Source: an uncultured delta proteobacterium (GTDB lineage Bacteria; Desulfobacterota; RBG-13-43-22). Taken from it: a stretch of 64,000 nucleotides of DNA. The notes below the pieces were generated by a model, which was given only the letters and a program-made list of their open reading frames with translations, had not been told where the DNA came from and made no database searches. The stretch is from positions 32,001 to 96,000 of the forward strand of contig CAVQFQ010000006.1 of assembly GCA_963711835.1 (NCBI GenBank). Reading direction: 5' to 3'. Each line of letters opens with the position of its first letter. Position 1 is the first letter of the stretch. Below, in pieces: positions 20,628 to 30,167 of the stretch. The position numbers and the translations under genes were made by a program.

Positions 20628-20688
20628 TGGCGGATAGGCGCCGGCCGATTGATGAAAAAAGGGAACCGCGCGCTTGTCCGCCATTTTT
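20628..20688 (+). terminator. Terminator-like stem-loop after the peptide gene
   Basis: TGGCGGATAGGCGC...GCGCTTGTCCGCCA followed by TTTTT; loop is long. Confidence 0.55.
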
Positions 20689-20781
20689 ATCACAGGTCCT
20701 ATTTTAATTGATCCTTTGTATTGTTCAACTTTCCTATTATTAATAAGAGCAAGAACCAGTTTACATTTTAGAAGCTGTTTA

Positions 20782-20958
20782 TCACCGCCCACTCGTCACG
20801 CCCCGGCGTGACTCGCTCAAGGCGCAGAGATCGCTAAGAGCACAATTTTTCATTTGCCTGTGAGAGGCAGGCAAATGAAAAGAGCTCATTTTGCTTTCCG
20901 CCTTCGCAGCGGAAAGCAAAAAATGTTCTTCTTCGCGTCTTTTGCGTCTTTGCGGTGA
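20782..20958. repeat. REP-like multi-hairpin intergenic element
   Basis: Ends TCACCGC/GCGGTGA; internal hairpins GTCACGCC..GGCGTGAC, TTTCATTTGCCTG..CAGGCAAATGAAA, TTTTGCTTTCCGC..GCGGAAAGCAAAA. Confidence 0.65.
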
Positions 20959-21019
20959 ATGTAAACATTGATTCGCTCTGATTAGTATTAACCTTAATCA
21001 AAGGCCTTTTCATTTCTCT

Positions 21020-22060
21020 ATGCTGACTCAAAGCACTTTCGATTTTTTTATCCAATGGCACCTGACCGAACGCTGCAACCTCCGCTGCCGGCATTGTTAC
21101 CAGGAGGGTTACGGCGGAGAGGAACTGCCCCTGATCGAAATCGTTCGAACTATTCAGGACCTGGCTGAAATGATTGACGACTGGTCCGATACCTACGAAA
21201 TTGCTTTCCAGCGCAGTTTCAATGTCACCGGCGGCGAACCCCTTTTAAGGGCGGATTTGTTCGAGATCCTGGAGATTATGGGAGACCACGGGTTTGATCT
21301 CTATCTCCTGACCAACGGAATTTTAATCGACTCTTTGAAGGCCGAGCGGTTGGCGGCCCTCCGGATCAAGGGGGTTCAGGTCAGCCTGGAGGGCCCTGAG
21401 GAAATCCATGATAAAATACGGGGGATGGGCAGCTTCCGGTCTTCCATGAAAGGTCTGGGACACCTTGTGGCTGCCGAAGTACCCGTTACCCTAAACCTGA
21501 CCCTCTCCCGGCTTAATGGGGAATTTGTGAGCCAAATGATAGAGGTGGCAAAATCAGCCGGGGCTGGACGGCTTGGATTTTCCAGACTGGTTCCTTCCGG
21601 CAAGGGGTTGGGGCTGTTACCCGAGATGTTAGGTGGGAAAGAAGTAGAAGCGATCTATGCTCAGGTCCTGTCGCAAAAACCGGAAGGGCTTGAGATCGTA
21701 ACCGGAGATCCGCTGGCTTCCCAGATGTCTTTTAGCCCTTTTCAGGAGGATTTGGGAGATATTCCCCTGGGCGGGTGCGCGGCGGGCGTCTCCGGACTCA
21801 CCATTCTTGCCGACGGTACGGTAACGCCCTGTCGCAGGCTGCCTCTCCCGATTGGAAATGTCCGGAAAGATTCATTAAGGGAATTATGGATTGCTTCTCC
21901 GATTCTTGGAAAGCTCCGGGATAAATCCGGTTACCAGGGGAAATGCGGTCGCTGCCCAAGGTGGGCCGGTTGCCGGGGCTGCCGGGCCATTGCCTATGCC
22001 TATTCCCAGGCCCAGGGCCGGCCCGATTTTCTGGCCGAAGACCCGCAGTGCTTTTTATGA
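21020..22060 (+). CDS. Radical SAM/SPASM domain protein (putative peptide maturase)
   Basis: QWHLTERCNLRCRHCYQ, TGGEP, SPASM cysteines GCAAG...PC...CGRCPRWAGCRGCRA...DPQC. Confidence 0.92.
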   Translation: MLTQSTFDFFIQWHLTERCNLRCRHCYQEGYGGEELPLIEIVRTIQDLAEMIDDWSDTYEIAFQRSFNVTGGEPLLRADLFEILEIMGDHGFDLYLLTNGILIDSLKAERLAALRIKGVQVSLEGPEEIHDKIRGMGSFRSSMKGLGHLVAAEVPVTLNLTLSRLNGEFVSQMIEVAKSAGAGRLGFSRLVPSGKGLGLLPEMLGGKEVEAIYAQVLSQKPEGLEIVTGDPLASQMSFSPFQEDLGDIPLGGCAAGVSGLTILADGTVTPCRRLPLPIGNVRKDSLRELWIASPILGKLRDKSGYQGKCGRCPRWAGCRGCRAIAYAYSQAQGRPDFLAEDPQCFL

Positions 22061-22172
22061 AGAGGCCTACGGCCCAGGGTTCAAGGTGCAAGGTGAAGGG
22101 CTTCAAAAAAGTCCAGGGTCTAGCAGGAATAGAATTCGGCCCCTTGAATCCTTGACCCCTCGGACCCTTTCT

Positions 22173-22528
22173 TTACCAGAGCCGGATAACTTTCTTTCCT
22201 TCCCTCATCTCTCCCCTGATTTTTTCCATATGCCTCAGGGCAGCCATTTCCCTTTCCAGGTCGGAAGGTTTGATTTGAAGCCTTTCGACGATCAGGGGAA
22301 ATTCAACCCCGCCCGTTTCTTCCAGATATTTCAAAATCTTTTCCTGGATCGGATTGAGGTTGACCCCGACGGTTTGTTGTTGAAAGGACTTGGCACTATG
22401 AACCGCCCAGGGATCGCACCCCTTGGCCGGCGACAGGGTGTCCATATAACAATCTTCGCACAAGGTCCGTCCGGCATGTCCCTTTCTTCACCCGGTGTAA
22501 TTTTATCGCCGCATCTTTGGCAAGTCAT
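22173..22528 (-). pseudogene. Small CxxC/CxxC + HTH-like protein, frameshifted near 22479
   Basis: MTCQRCGDKITPGEER in one frame continues as HAGRTLCEDCYMDTLSPAKGCDPWAV in another; one base missing. Confidence 0.7.
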
Positions 22529-22591
22529 CCTTAAAACCTCCTGCTCTCGTTCACATTACCCCTTGAATCCTTGACCCCTCGAACCCTCTCT

Positions 22592-24412
22592 TTAAAAGGC
22601 ATCCTCCGGGATGTTCAGTGCCGAGGTATCTTCCTGCTGGAAAGAGATATGCCGGGAAAAAACATTGGTTAAAATGTTGCGGCAGAAAAAGCGCACGGTC
22701 TCGATCTTGCCCTGATAAAAGGTTCCGCCGGCTGAAGACGGATCGGTGGTTTTCAGTTTGTCGCGGGCCAGCAGACCTTGTTCGAGCATCAATTGGGCCA
22801 GGACCGCTTCGGACATGCATTCCAGGAAGCGGGTGGCAGCCAGAGGAATAAGGTTCAGACGACCCTCCTGGAAGTATTGCATGAAGCATTTGGCATAATC
22901 GCCCAGGACCTCACCGGCCTTATAAAGCAGGGTGAAGTCCGGGGCGAAGTCGGGATCATTTTGATGGCCTTGGGCGAAGGCCAGAAGCTTGCCCAGCCAG
23001 CCCTGAAAAACCGCACCGCCGGACATCATCAGCTTGCGGCCGATCAAATCCAGGGATTGGATATAGGTAGTGCCTTCATAGATGGAGGCGCTTTTTACAT
23101 CCCGGGCGTACTGCTCAACCGGAAATTCCCGGCAGTAGCCGACGCCGCCCAGAACTTGGATGGCTTCCCGGCAAAGCAGGTAGGCGAAGTCGGAGCAGTA
23201 GGCCTTGACTAAGGGCGTCAGGAGATCTACCCATTGACCGGCTTCCCGGCGGACCGCCTCGTCGGGGTCGCAGCGGGAAACATCGGTGTTGTAATATAGC
23301 TTCATGATAAAGCCCCGCATGGCCTCGGTGCCGGCCTTGAGCATCATGAGCATACGGCGGACATCTTCGTGTTCGACGATCCTGACCCGCGGCCCCGAAC
23401 GGTTGGTGAAAAGCGGTCCCTGAACCCGTTCTTTGGCGTAGAAGCGGGCGGCGTCGTACGCGGCCGTGGCCACACCCTCGGCCAGAAGGCCGGTGCCGAT
23501 CCGGGCTTCGTTCATCATTTGAAACATCTTGGCCATACCGGTCTGGGGGTCTCCCAGGAGGATGCCCCGGCAGCGGCCGTTTTCGCCGAAGCTGAGGCCG
23601 CAGGTGGCGGAGCCGTGCAGGCCCATCTTGTGTTCGATGTTGGTGCAGAAGACGTCGTTGGGTTCTCCTAATGATCCGTCCGGGTTGACCCAGATTTTGG
23701 GTACGATGAAGAGGCTGATGCCTTTGGTTCCCCGAGGGGCGCCCTCGATCCGGCCCAGGACCAGGTGGATGATGTTTTTGGTCAAGTCCTGTTCCCCGCT
23801 GCTGATAAAACGCTTGGTTCCTTCGATCTTGTAAAACCGGGAATCGCCGGACGAGGGGTCCGGCGTGGCCTTAGTCTTGGTGTATCCCACATCACTTCCG
23901 GCATCCGGCTCGGTCAGACACATGGTTCCGCCCCAGATGCCGTTATACATCTTTTCGCAAAAGAGGGCTTTGTCCTTCTCGGTCCCGAAACTCTCGATCA
24001 GGTGGCTGGCCCCAACCGCCAGGCCGGAGTAGATTTTTATGGCCGAGTTGGCGCTGATAAAGTATTCGGCTACCTGGCCGTAGATGGTAAGCGGTAAACC
24101 CTGGCCGCCGTACTCCGCTGAAACGGCCAGGCTGAACCAGCCGTTTTCCGAGAGGATCTTCCAGCAGTCATGGAAAGAAGCCGGGACCTTTACTTTTCCG
24201 TTGTCATAAAGCAGGCCCTGCTGGTCACCGTCCTGCAGGGTCGGGCCGAGGGCTTCTTTGGCCACTTTGTAGCCTTCCTCGAGGATCATTTTGAAATCCT
24301 CCAGGCTGAAGTCCTTAAAGGCCTCGTAGGTAAGCAGTTTTTCCAGGTCCAGGTATTCAAAAAGCACAAATTTAGGATCGCGGTCATCGCGCCTGAAAAA
24401 ATTCAATCCCAT
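22592..24412 (-). CDS. Acyl-CoA dehydrogenase (long type)
   Basis: GTMCLTEPDAGSD, GTKRFIS, EHKMGLHGS, GGVGY, IYEGT. Confidence 0.95.
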   Translation of the reverse strand: MGLNFFRRDDRDPKFVLFEYLDLEKLLTYEAFKDFSLEDFKMILEEGYKVAKEALGPTLQDGDQQGLLYDNGKVKVPASFHDCWKILSENGWFSLAVSAEYGGQGLPLTIYGQVAEYFISANSAIKIYSGLAVGASHLIESFGTEKDKALFCEKMYNGIWGGTMCLTEPDAGSDVGYTKTKATPDPSSGDSRFYKIEGTKRFISSGEQDLTKNIIHLVLGRIEGAPRGTKGISLFIVPKIWVNPDGSLGEPNDVFCTNIEHKMGLHGSATCGLSFGENGRCRGILLGDPQTGMAKMFQMMNEARIGTGLLAEGVATAAYDAARFYAKERVQGPLFTNRSGPRVRIVEHEDVRRMLMMLKAGTEAMRGFIMKLYYNTDVSRCDPDEAVRREAGQWVDLLTPLVKAYCSDFAYLLCREAIQVLGGVGYCREFPVEQYARDVKSASIYEGTTYIQSLDLIGRKLMMSGGAVFQGWLGKLLAFAQGHQNDPDFAPDFTLLYKAGEVLGDYAKCFMQYFQEGRLNLIPLAATRFLECMSEAVLAQLMLEQGLLARDKLKTTDPSSAGGTFYQGKIETVRFFCRNILTNVFSRHISFQQEDTSALNIPEDAF

Positions 24413-24527
24413 GGTTGTCTCCTCTCTCCAGTGAGTTTATTTCTTTAGGATCTTTAAAAGATTCGGGTTGCAGAGCCCTGAAGTTTTTCGCAGGATAACA
24501 GAAAGTCGGGATCGTTAAAACTACTTT

Positions 24528-25181
24528 TTAGGTTTCTTTTAACTCTCCCTGGGAAATGGTCAGGACGTGATCGGCCAGGCGTTTGGTTTGATCGAAATCA
24601 TGGGTGGCCATGATAATCATGGTTTTGTTTTCTTTTTTCTTAGTGAGGAGGATGTCTTCAATAATCCGGGTGTTTTTTCGATCGATGGAAGCAGTGGGTT
24701 CGTCCAGAAATAGGATTTCCGGATCGACAACCAAGGCCCGGGCAATTCCCAGGCGTTGGGTTTCACCGCTGGATAGAGTCAAGGCATTTTGATTCTTCTT
24801 GTGCCCCAGTCCGACAAACTCGAGAGTCTGGTCCACCTTTCCTTTAATCTCATTTCTTTTCATCCCTCGGATGATTAACCCGTAGGCAATATTTTTGAAG
24901 ACGGTTGCATTAAAGACACCCACCTTAGGTAAAACGAGGGTTATCCGGCGCTTTAAGTGAATATCCTTGGTTACCTTTTCCTGACCTGAAAAAAAGGAAA
25001 CTTCTCCCTGATCCGGTTCCTCAAGGAGGGCGCATATTCTGAGTAGGGTGGACTTGCCGCAGCCGTTGAGCCCGATCAGGGTATAGATGCCATTGGCCCC
25101 AAAGGAATAGGAGCAGCCTCTGAGGACAGGACTTTCCTCGTAGCTTTTCCAGATCTTTGATACATCCAGGTGGAGGCTCAT
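24528..25181 (-). CDS. tupC: Tungstate ABC transporter ATPase
   Basis: GLNGCGKS, LSSGE, LFLDEPT; follows tupB. Confidence 0.85.
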   Translation of the reverse strand: MSLHLDVSKIWKSYEESPVLRGCSYSFGANGIYTLIGLNGCGKSTLLRICALLEEPDQGEVSFFSGQEKVTKDIHLKRRITLVLPKVGVFNATVFKNIAYGLIIRGMKRNEIKGKVDQTLEFVGLGHKKNQNALTLSSGETQRLGIARALVVDPEILFLDEPTASIDRKNTRIIEDILLTKKKENKTMIIMATHDFDQTKRLADHVLTISQGELKET

Positions 25182-25191
25182 CTTAAGACTC

Positions 25192-25899
25192 TCAGATTTT
25201 CTTTTTTTGAAACCAATGGAGTATAAAATTTATCGTCAGGGAGATACTCAGGAGTATAATCCCCAGAGCCAGGGCCAACTCGAAGTTCCCCTTGTCCGTT
25301 TCCAGGGCAATGGTGGTAGTCATGACCCGGGTTAAACCGGCGATATTGCCCCCGACGATCAAAATGGCCCCCACTTCCGCCATGACCCTGCCGAATCCGG
25401 CGATGACCCCCGACATGATGCCATAACGGGCTTCTTTGATAATGGTCCTGGCTACCTGAAAAGGGGTAGCTCCCAGGCTGAGAGAGGCCTGCCGAATAAT
25501 CGGATTCACATTAACCAAGGCTGAATGACATAAGGAGCAGACAATGGGAAAGGCTAAAATGGTTTGGGCAATGATCATGGCCGAAGGGGTGTAGAGCAGC
25601 CCCAGGAAGCCCAGGGGTCCGCTTCGGGAAAGGATCAGATAGACAAAAAGACCGACCACGACAGGCGGCAGGCCCATGAAGGTGTTTAATAAACTGATAA
25701 GGATTCCCCTCCCGGGAAATCGTTTTAATCCCAGAAGGGAAGCCAGGGGAAGGCCCAGGATAGTGGCCAGGACTAAAGCCAGACCTGAGACCTTCAGGGA
25801 TAATAAAATAATTCCCAGCAGTTCCGGGTTAAAATTCAAGATAAGGTGAAAGGCGGATTTAAATCCCGAGATGATGGATTCCAAATTTTCCTGGCCCAA
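25192..25899 (-). CDS. tupB: Tungstate ABC transporter permease (start uncertain)
   Basis: MGLPPVVVGL, SRSGPLG, EVGA..IVGGNI..TRVMTT. Confidence 0.92.
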   Translation of the reverse strand: MGQENLESIISGFKSAFHLILNFNPELLGIILLSLKVSGLALVLATILGLPLASLLGLKRFPGRGILISLLNTFMGLPPVVVGLFVYLILSRSGPLGFLGLLYTPSAMIIAQTILAFPIVCSLCHSALVNVNPIIRQASLSLGATPFQVARTIIKEARYGIMSGVIAGFGRVMAEVGAILIVGGNIAGLTRVMTTTIALETDKGNFELALALGIILLSISLTINFILHWFQKKKI

Positions 25900-25933
25900 G
25901 AAAGAAATGAGGGATTTATAAGAACCTTCTTTT

Positions 25934-25961
25934 TATATGCTATTATTGACATATAAATCAA
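25934..25961 (-). promoter_or_regulatory. Operator TATATG-N10-CATATA abutting a -35-like TTGATT (tupB promoter)
   Basis: Perfect palindromic half-sites; same motif at 33201-33246 and 44504-44549. Confidence 0.7.
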
Positions 25962-26046
25962 GCCAATTCTTTATTTTGAAATCAATCCATATCAAAAGCC
26001 ATATTTTTATATTGCTAAATAAGTATCCTTATAGTATGCTTTATCT

Positions 26047-26131
26047 ATGGGAAAGGTCCGCTTTGAATGGGACGAGGACAAGGATAGAGAAAAGGATGCT
26101 TTATGAAGACCAAAATAAAATACAGCGATGA
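26047..26131 (+). pseudogene. BrnT toxin remnant with internal deletion
   Basis: N-terminus MGKVRFEWDEDKD joined out of frame to C-terminus KRMLYEDQNKIQR, overlapping the antitoxin start. Confidence 0.7.
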
Positions 26132-26342
26132 ACCGCTGGGGGAGCTTAAAGTAATCGAAGATTTTCTTCCGCCGCCGGAACAATTAATCCTGAAGGAAGA
26201 CAACATTAAGATTACCATATCCCTGAGCAAATCAAGTATAGATTTTTTCAAAAGCCAGGCACAAAAGCAGCGTACTTCTTATCAGAAAATGATTCGGCGG
26301 GTAATCGATCATTATGCCTCCCGTTATCAAAAAAACGCCTGA
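26103..26342 (+). CDS. BrnA/CopG-like antitoxin
   Basis: DFLPPPEQL..KITISLSKSSIDFFK..SYQKMIR. Confidence 0.8.
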   Translation: MKTKIKYSDEPLGELKVIEDFLPPPEQLILKEDNIKITISLSKSSIDFFKSQAQKQRTSYQKMIRRVIDHYASRYQKNA

Positions 26343-26371
26343 CGATTAGACGAAGGGTCTCTCCCCTTGAA

Positions 26372-26464
26372 GGAATTCCCATGGCGGAGATTGCCAGACA
26401 TGTTAGGGTTGGGACGACAGAAGTGGCCAAGGCCATTAAAGGGATGAAAGTGGAAAATAACTAA
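26372..26464 (+). mobile_element. C-terminal remnant of a REP-associated (RAYT/Y1-type) transposase
   Basis: GIPMAEIARHVRVGTTEVAKAI* resembles the HTH tail of deltaproteobacterial RAYTs. Confidence 0.5.
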
Positions 26465-26866
26465 ATGAAATTGACAAGATCCCCAACTATGAAAATCAAG
26501 CCAATAAAATCAGAAGCCGATTACGAGGCTGCACTAAATGAGATTGAACGGCTGTTTGAAGCGAAGCCCGGGACGGCTGAGGCAGATCGTCTTGAGGTTT
26601 TGACGACGCTCGTTGAGGCCTATGAGGAGAACCATTACGCGATTCCCCTCCCAGATCCCATTGAGGCCATTCAGTATCATATGGAAAGTCGTGGTCTCTC
26701 TCGCCGCGATTTGGAACGCTTCATTGGAGGTCGTGCGCGTGTTTCCGAAATCTTGAATCGGAAGCGCCCACTCACTATGGAAATGATTCGAAACCTTCCT
26801 GGTGGTTTGGGTATTTCAGCAGAAGTGTTGATTCAGCCCTATAGGACACTTAAGGACGCGGCCTAA
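26465..26866 (+). CDS. higA: HigA-type HTH antitoxin, no HigB upstream (probable start MKIKPIK)
   Basis: IKPIKSEADYEAAL, PDPIEAI, RVSEILNRKRPLT. Confidence 0.88.
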   Translation: MKLTRSPTMKIKPIKSEADYEAALNEIERLFEAKPGTAEADRLEVLTTLVEAYEENHYAIPLPDPIEAIQYHMESRGLSRRDLERFIGGRARVSEILNRKRPLTMEMIRNLPGGLGISAEVLIQPYRTLKDAA

Positions 26867-26881
26867 CCAAGAAATGTATTT

Positions 26882-27091
26882 ATGAAAGTACGTGATATTA
26901 TAAAGATGCTTGAGGAAGATGGGTGGTACCGGGTGAAGGCTAAGGGGGGCCATCGGCAGTACAAGCATCCCACCAGGTATGGGCGGGTGACGATTTCGGG
27001 AAAGCCTGGTGATGATCTGGCACCCGGCACATTGAACAGCATCTTCAAGCAGGCCGGCTTTGTAGCTAAAGATATAAAGGAGGTGCATTGA
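26882..27091 (+). CDS. hicA: HicA toxin
   Basis: DGW...KGGHRQYKHP..GRVTI..DLAPGTLNSI. Confidence 0.9.
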   Translation: MKVRDIIKMLEEDGWYRVKAKGGHRQYKHPTRYGRVTISGKPGDDLAPGTLNSIFKQAGFVAKDIKEVH

Positions 27092-27304
27092 ATGAAACGT
27101 TTTCTTGTGATCATCGAGAAGGCAGCGCGCAACTACTCTGCTTATTCCCCTGACCTTCCCGGGTGCATTGCTACGGGCAGAACGAAAGACCAAGCTGCAA
27201 GGAATATGCACAAAGCAATTGAAATACACTTGGAAGGTCTTAGGGAAGACGGGATTCCAATCCCAAGATCCCATTCTTCAGCAGAGTATGTTGCAGTGAC
27301 TTGA
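27092..27304 (+). CDS. hicB: HicB antitoxin (short form)
   Basis: YSAYSPDLPGCIATG..AIEIHLEGL..G.PIP. Confidence 0.9.
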   Translation: MKRFLVIIEKAARNYSAYSPDLPGCIATGRTKDQAARNMHKAIEIHLEGLREDGIPIPRSHSSAEYVAVT

Positions 27305-27434
27305 TCACCATCAGATAAACCGGCGCTTTAGATTGGGGTCGGGTCACAGGAACTATTTAATATGGCAAGGAATATTGCCATTTGCACCTCCTAAATTGGT
27401 CCTATATTGAGTTATTCGAGGTCAAAAAGTCCGT

Positions 27435-27866
27435 ATGAGTTCAAAATCATCCGTTAAATTCGAATTTGGAGAAGGGGCCGTGGTCGATTTCGATGAACTG
27501 ACCAAGGGTTTTTATGAAAAATTAAATGGAATACGATTAACAAAAATGGAAGATGGGTATGTGGAAGCGGAAGTCGAAGTGGTCCCTTCCCTTATGAATC
27601 CCAACAGGACCATGCATGGAGGAGTCGCGGCCACGGTGGCCGATACCATCGCCATATACGGCTGCGCTTACAGCTATAAGGTTTCCTCTTTGTCTACGGT
27701 CAACCTTAATGTTTCTTTTCTTCGTACGGTTAAATCAGGGATCGTGACCGCAAAGGGCCGGATGTTGTCGCGCGGTAAGAATGTTTCCATCTGGAAGGTG
27801 GAGGTATTCGACGATGCCTCCAACATTGTAGCCGAGGCAACCGTTACCTGCGCCATTACAAAATGA
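27435..27866 (+). CDS. PaaI family thioesterase
   Basis: NPNRTMHGGVAATVAD hotdog-fold motif. Confidence 0.85.
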   Translation: MSSKSSVKFEFGEGAVVDFDELTKGFYEKLNGIRLTKMEDGYVEAEVEVVPSLMNPNRTMHGGVAATVADTIAIYGCAYSYKVSSLSTVNLNVSFLRTVKSGIVTAKGRMLSRGKNVSIWKVEVFDDASNIVAEATVTCAITK

Positions 27867-28139
27867 TTGACTCCATCACGAAGAACTCTCTCGGTTCAGT
27901 CGGAGATTAAAATTGGACCATGATGTACAGAACGGAACAATAAGTAGTTGAGGCAGCAAACCCTTTTATAAGGAGATCGCCTGGCCATTAATAGGGATGT
28001 AAAGCGGAAGATAACTGAATGAACGTGGACACGCTTCAATGCGGGGCAGACAACATGAAATTTCTTTTTATACCGACCTGAAGGAACCACTTGGGTTGTG
28101 GGGTTAGGCAGAAACTTTAGAATAAGTTGTTGGACGGCT

Positions 28140-28947
28140 CAGATCAAGTGAGGTGGAGACTGGAGCCGAGATGGCGCGATCCCGATCCGTGAGTGCAATA
28201 ACGGTCGCGGTATGTCGATAACGCCCGCAGCGGAATTGCAGCGGGCGGCCACTGGCGCCGACGCGCGGCTGTGGTTCTCAAAGTTTGATGTTGTTCACGT
28301 ATCGGCGGCATGCGTCAAGAAATCCGCGAATACGATCAGAAGGAGCGCCGCCAATTCTGCGCGCTCACTCAATCTGACATCGTCATCGACAACACATGCC
28401 CTGCTGAGTCTTCCTCAGCGTCGGGCTACGTCGGAAGTGCTTCGTCTGTCCTTTCAGCAGGAATATGAACCGCCGAATGGGAAAGGGCGACGTGGCTCGT
28501 ATGTCGGATCTGGACACGCACGGTCGCCGGCAAGCTACGCTTATACGTCCTGCTCAAAGACCTTGCGAGCAAGGCTATTGGGATCACATTCAATTAGTCG
28601 ACTCGGGCAACGACGATGTGGAGTAAAGAGTTCTCGCCGAATCGAGGCTCTCGAAGAGGCTGTCATGGACTCGCTGACGACGGTCGCCGAACGCTAGAGG
28701 GCAGGCACAGGTGGCGGCTGGACTAGGCTTCTCTCGCGCGGCGACGTCCTAGCGCTATCCAAACACTATCGCTTAACACGAACTGACGGCAATCGAGCAA
28801 AGACATCTCGTCAGCAAGCGTAACGTCGTGTGGCCCATCCAGACGACCCACTCGTAGCGCACTATTTGGAAGTCAAGACAACTTTGTCTCAGAAGTTAGA
28901 GTCTGTGCGAACGCCTCATGTCAGCGTTGCCGAGCGATAGCAAGACC
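28140..28947 (+). pseudogene. Probable degraded gene cassette, product unknown
   Basis: Atypical composition, protein-like segments in shifting frames, ends at the attC at 28948. Confidence 0.35.
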
Positions 28948-29010
28948 CTCTAACAACGGAATCGCAGCCGACGGCGAAAAAGCGCGCCGCGGCTGATGCC
29001 AGCGTTATCC
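28948..29010 (+). mobile_element. attC site 1
   Basis: CTCTAAC...CAGCCG-A-CGGCG-loop-CGCCG-CGGCTG...GTTATCC; 63-bp imperfect hairpin with unpaired bases. Confidence 0.75.
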
Positions 29011-29271
29011 ATGATGAGAACGAGCTTTGATTGTCAGGCAATGGTTATTGGGGTACAATGAAATTCTGAAGGAGATAAAGTGCTTCGAGTATCCCGATGC
29101 CCACCATGGCTTTACCATAAAATCTTCAAATGCGTGGTCACCAACTGATGCGGCCGACGCGTTCCGCCGGACACTCAGCAATTTACGCCAATATTCTGGT
29201 GAATAGCTCCCAGCAAACGCTTATTTCATTTTTCGAGGCAACTACTCGGCAATGAGGATGAAGCACGATCC

Positions 29272-29327
29272 GCCCAACCCGACAATCCAGCGGACGCCTA
29301 CCAGCGCCGCTGATTGGACCGTTGGAC
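29272..29327 (+). mobile_element. attC site 2
   Basis: GCCCAAC...CAATC-CAGCGG...CCGCTG-ATTG...GTTGGAC; 56 bp. Confidence 0.8.
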
Positions 29328-29335
29328 CAAAAACC

Positions 29336-30109
29336 ATGAAATGCTGGATCTGTGGAAATGAAGGCGACTCCGGTGAGCATCGGATTAAGAAAAGCGACTT
29401 GATTGCCTTTCACGGTAAAGGTCCATATAAGAATGACAAGTCGTTGGTAATGATCAAGGATGGAAAGCAAATTCCCATCCAAGGCCCAAATTCAAAGTAC
29501 CTAAAATATTCCAATAGCCTTTGCAGCGATTGTAACAATACAGCAACCCAAGAATTTGATCGCGCCTATTCCACTTTTGTTAATTATGTCAACACGCATG
29601 AGGAACTGGTTCTGAAGAAAAGATTTATAGATTTTGAGGAAATCTATGGCCCAGATCTGTTCGAAATCGGACAAAGACATCTCTATAAATATTTTATGAA
29701 AAGCTTTGGATGCAGATTGGTAGAAGCAGGGCTGAACGTTCCCAGGCATTTGGTCGATCTTCTCCAAAAGGAAAGATTTCAGACAAAGCTGAGGATAACT
29801 TTCGCAGTAAATGAAGATAAAGTCCTTCTGATGAAAGATAACGTGAGAATTGTAGGAAACGGAGAGCTTTACTACACATATTCGCCTGTTACCCGAGAGC
29901 ACTCCTTCCAGTTTTTTGAGTATTTTGGGTTCATTCATATCTATTACTGGTATTCTTGTTTTCCAGATGGAAGATTGGGGGCGCCATGGAATGCAGACTC
30001 AAAATTCATATATTTGGGTTCACTGTCTCCACTCACGCCCGAAATGAGATCGGAATTGTCCAAAAAAACAAAAAGGTCCAACAAGGGGATTCAGTCGACG
30101 CCGAAATAG
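29336..30109 (+). CDS. Cassette-encoded hypothetical protein with an HNH-like Zn motif
   Basis: ATG 8 nt after attC2; MKCWICG...SGEH...LCSDCNN; low GC; runs into attC3. Confidence 0.7.
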   Translation: MKCWICGNEGDSGEHRIKKSDLIAFHGKGPYKNDKSLVMIKDGKQIPIQGPNSKYLKYSNSLCSDCNNTATQEFDRAYSTFVNYVNTHEELVLKKRFIDFEEIYGPDLFEIGQRHLYKYFMKSFGCRLVEAGLNVPRHLVDLLQKERFQTKLRITFAVNEDKVLLMKDNVRIVGNGELYYTYSPVTREHSFQFFEYFGFIHIYYWYSCFPDGRLGAPWNADSKFIYLGSLSPLTPEMRSELSKKTKRSNKGIQSTPK

Positions 30110-30167
30110 CAGGGTTGGCTTTTCTGGAAGAGCAGTGGCGGCACAACTGACCCCCAGAGCGTTAGCC
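30076..30167 (+). mobile_element. attC site 3
   Basis: GTCCAAC (exact complement of the GTTGGAC opening this cassette)...GGGGATTCAGT/ACTGACCCC...GTTAGCC; 92 bp. Confidence 0.8.

Noticed and set aside
22075-22590. 7-8-bp period repeats (CCCTTGAA-TCCTTGAC-CCCTCG), also near 31731-31770, as a possible CRISPR
   Set aside because: Short degenerate intergenic repeats with no spacers and no cas genes.
28212-28697. 161-aa ORF as an intact gene
   Set aside because: Ser/Arg-rich with no family motif; looks like a mixed-frame read through a decayed cassette.
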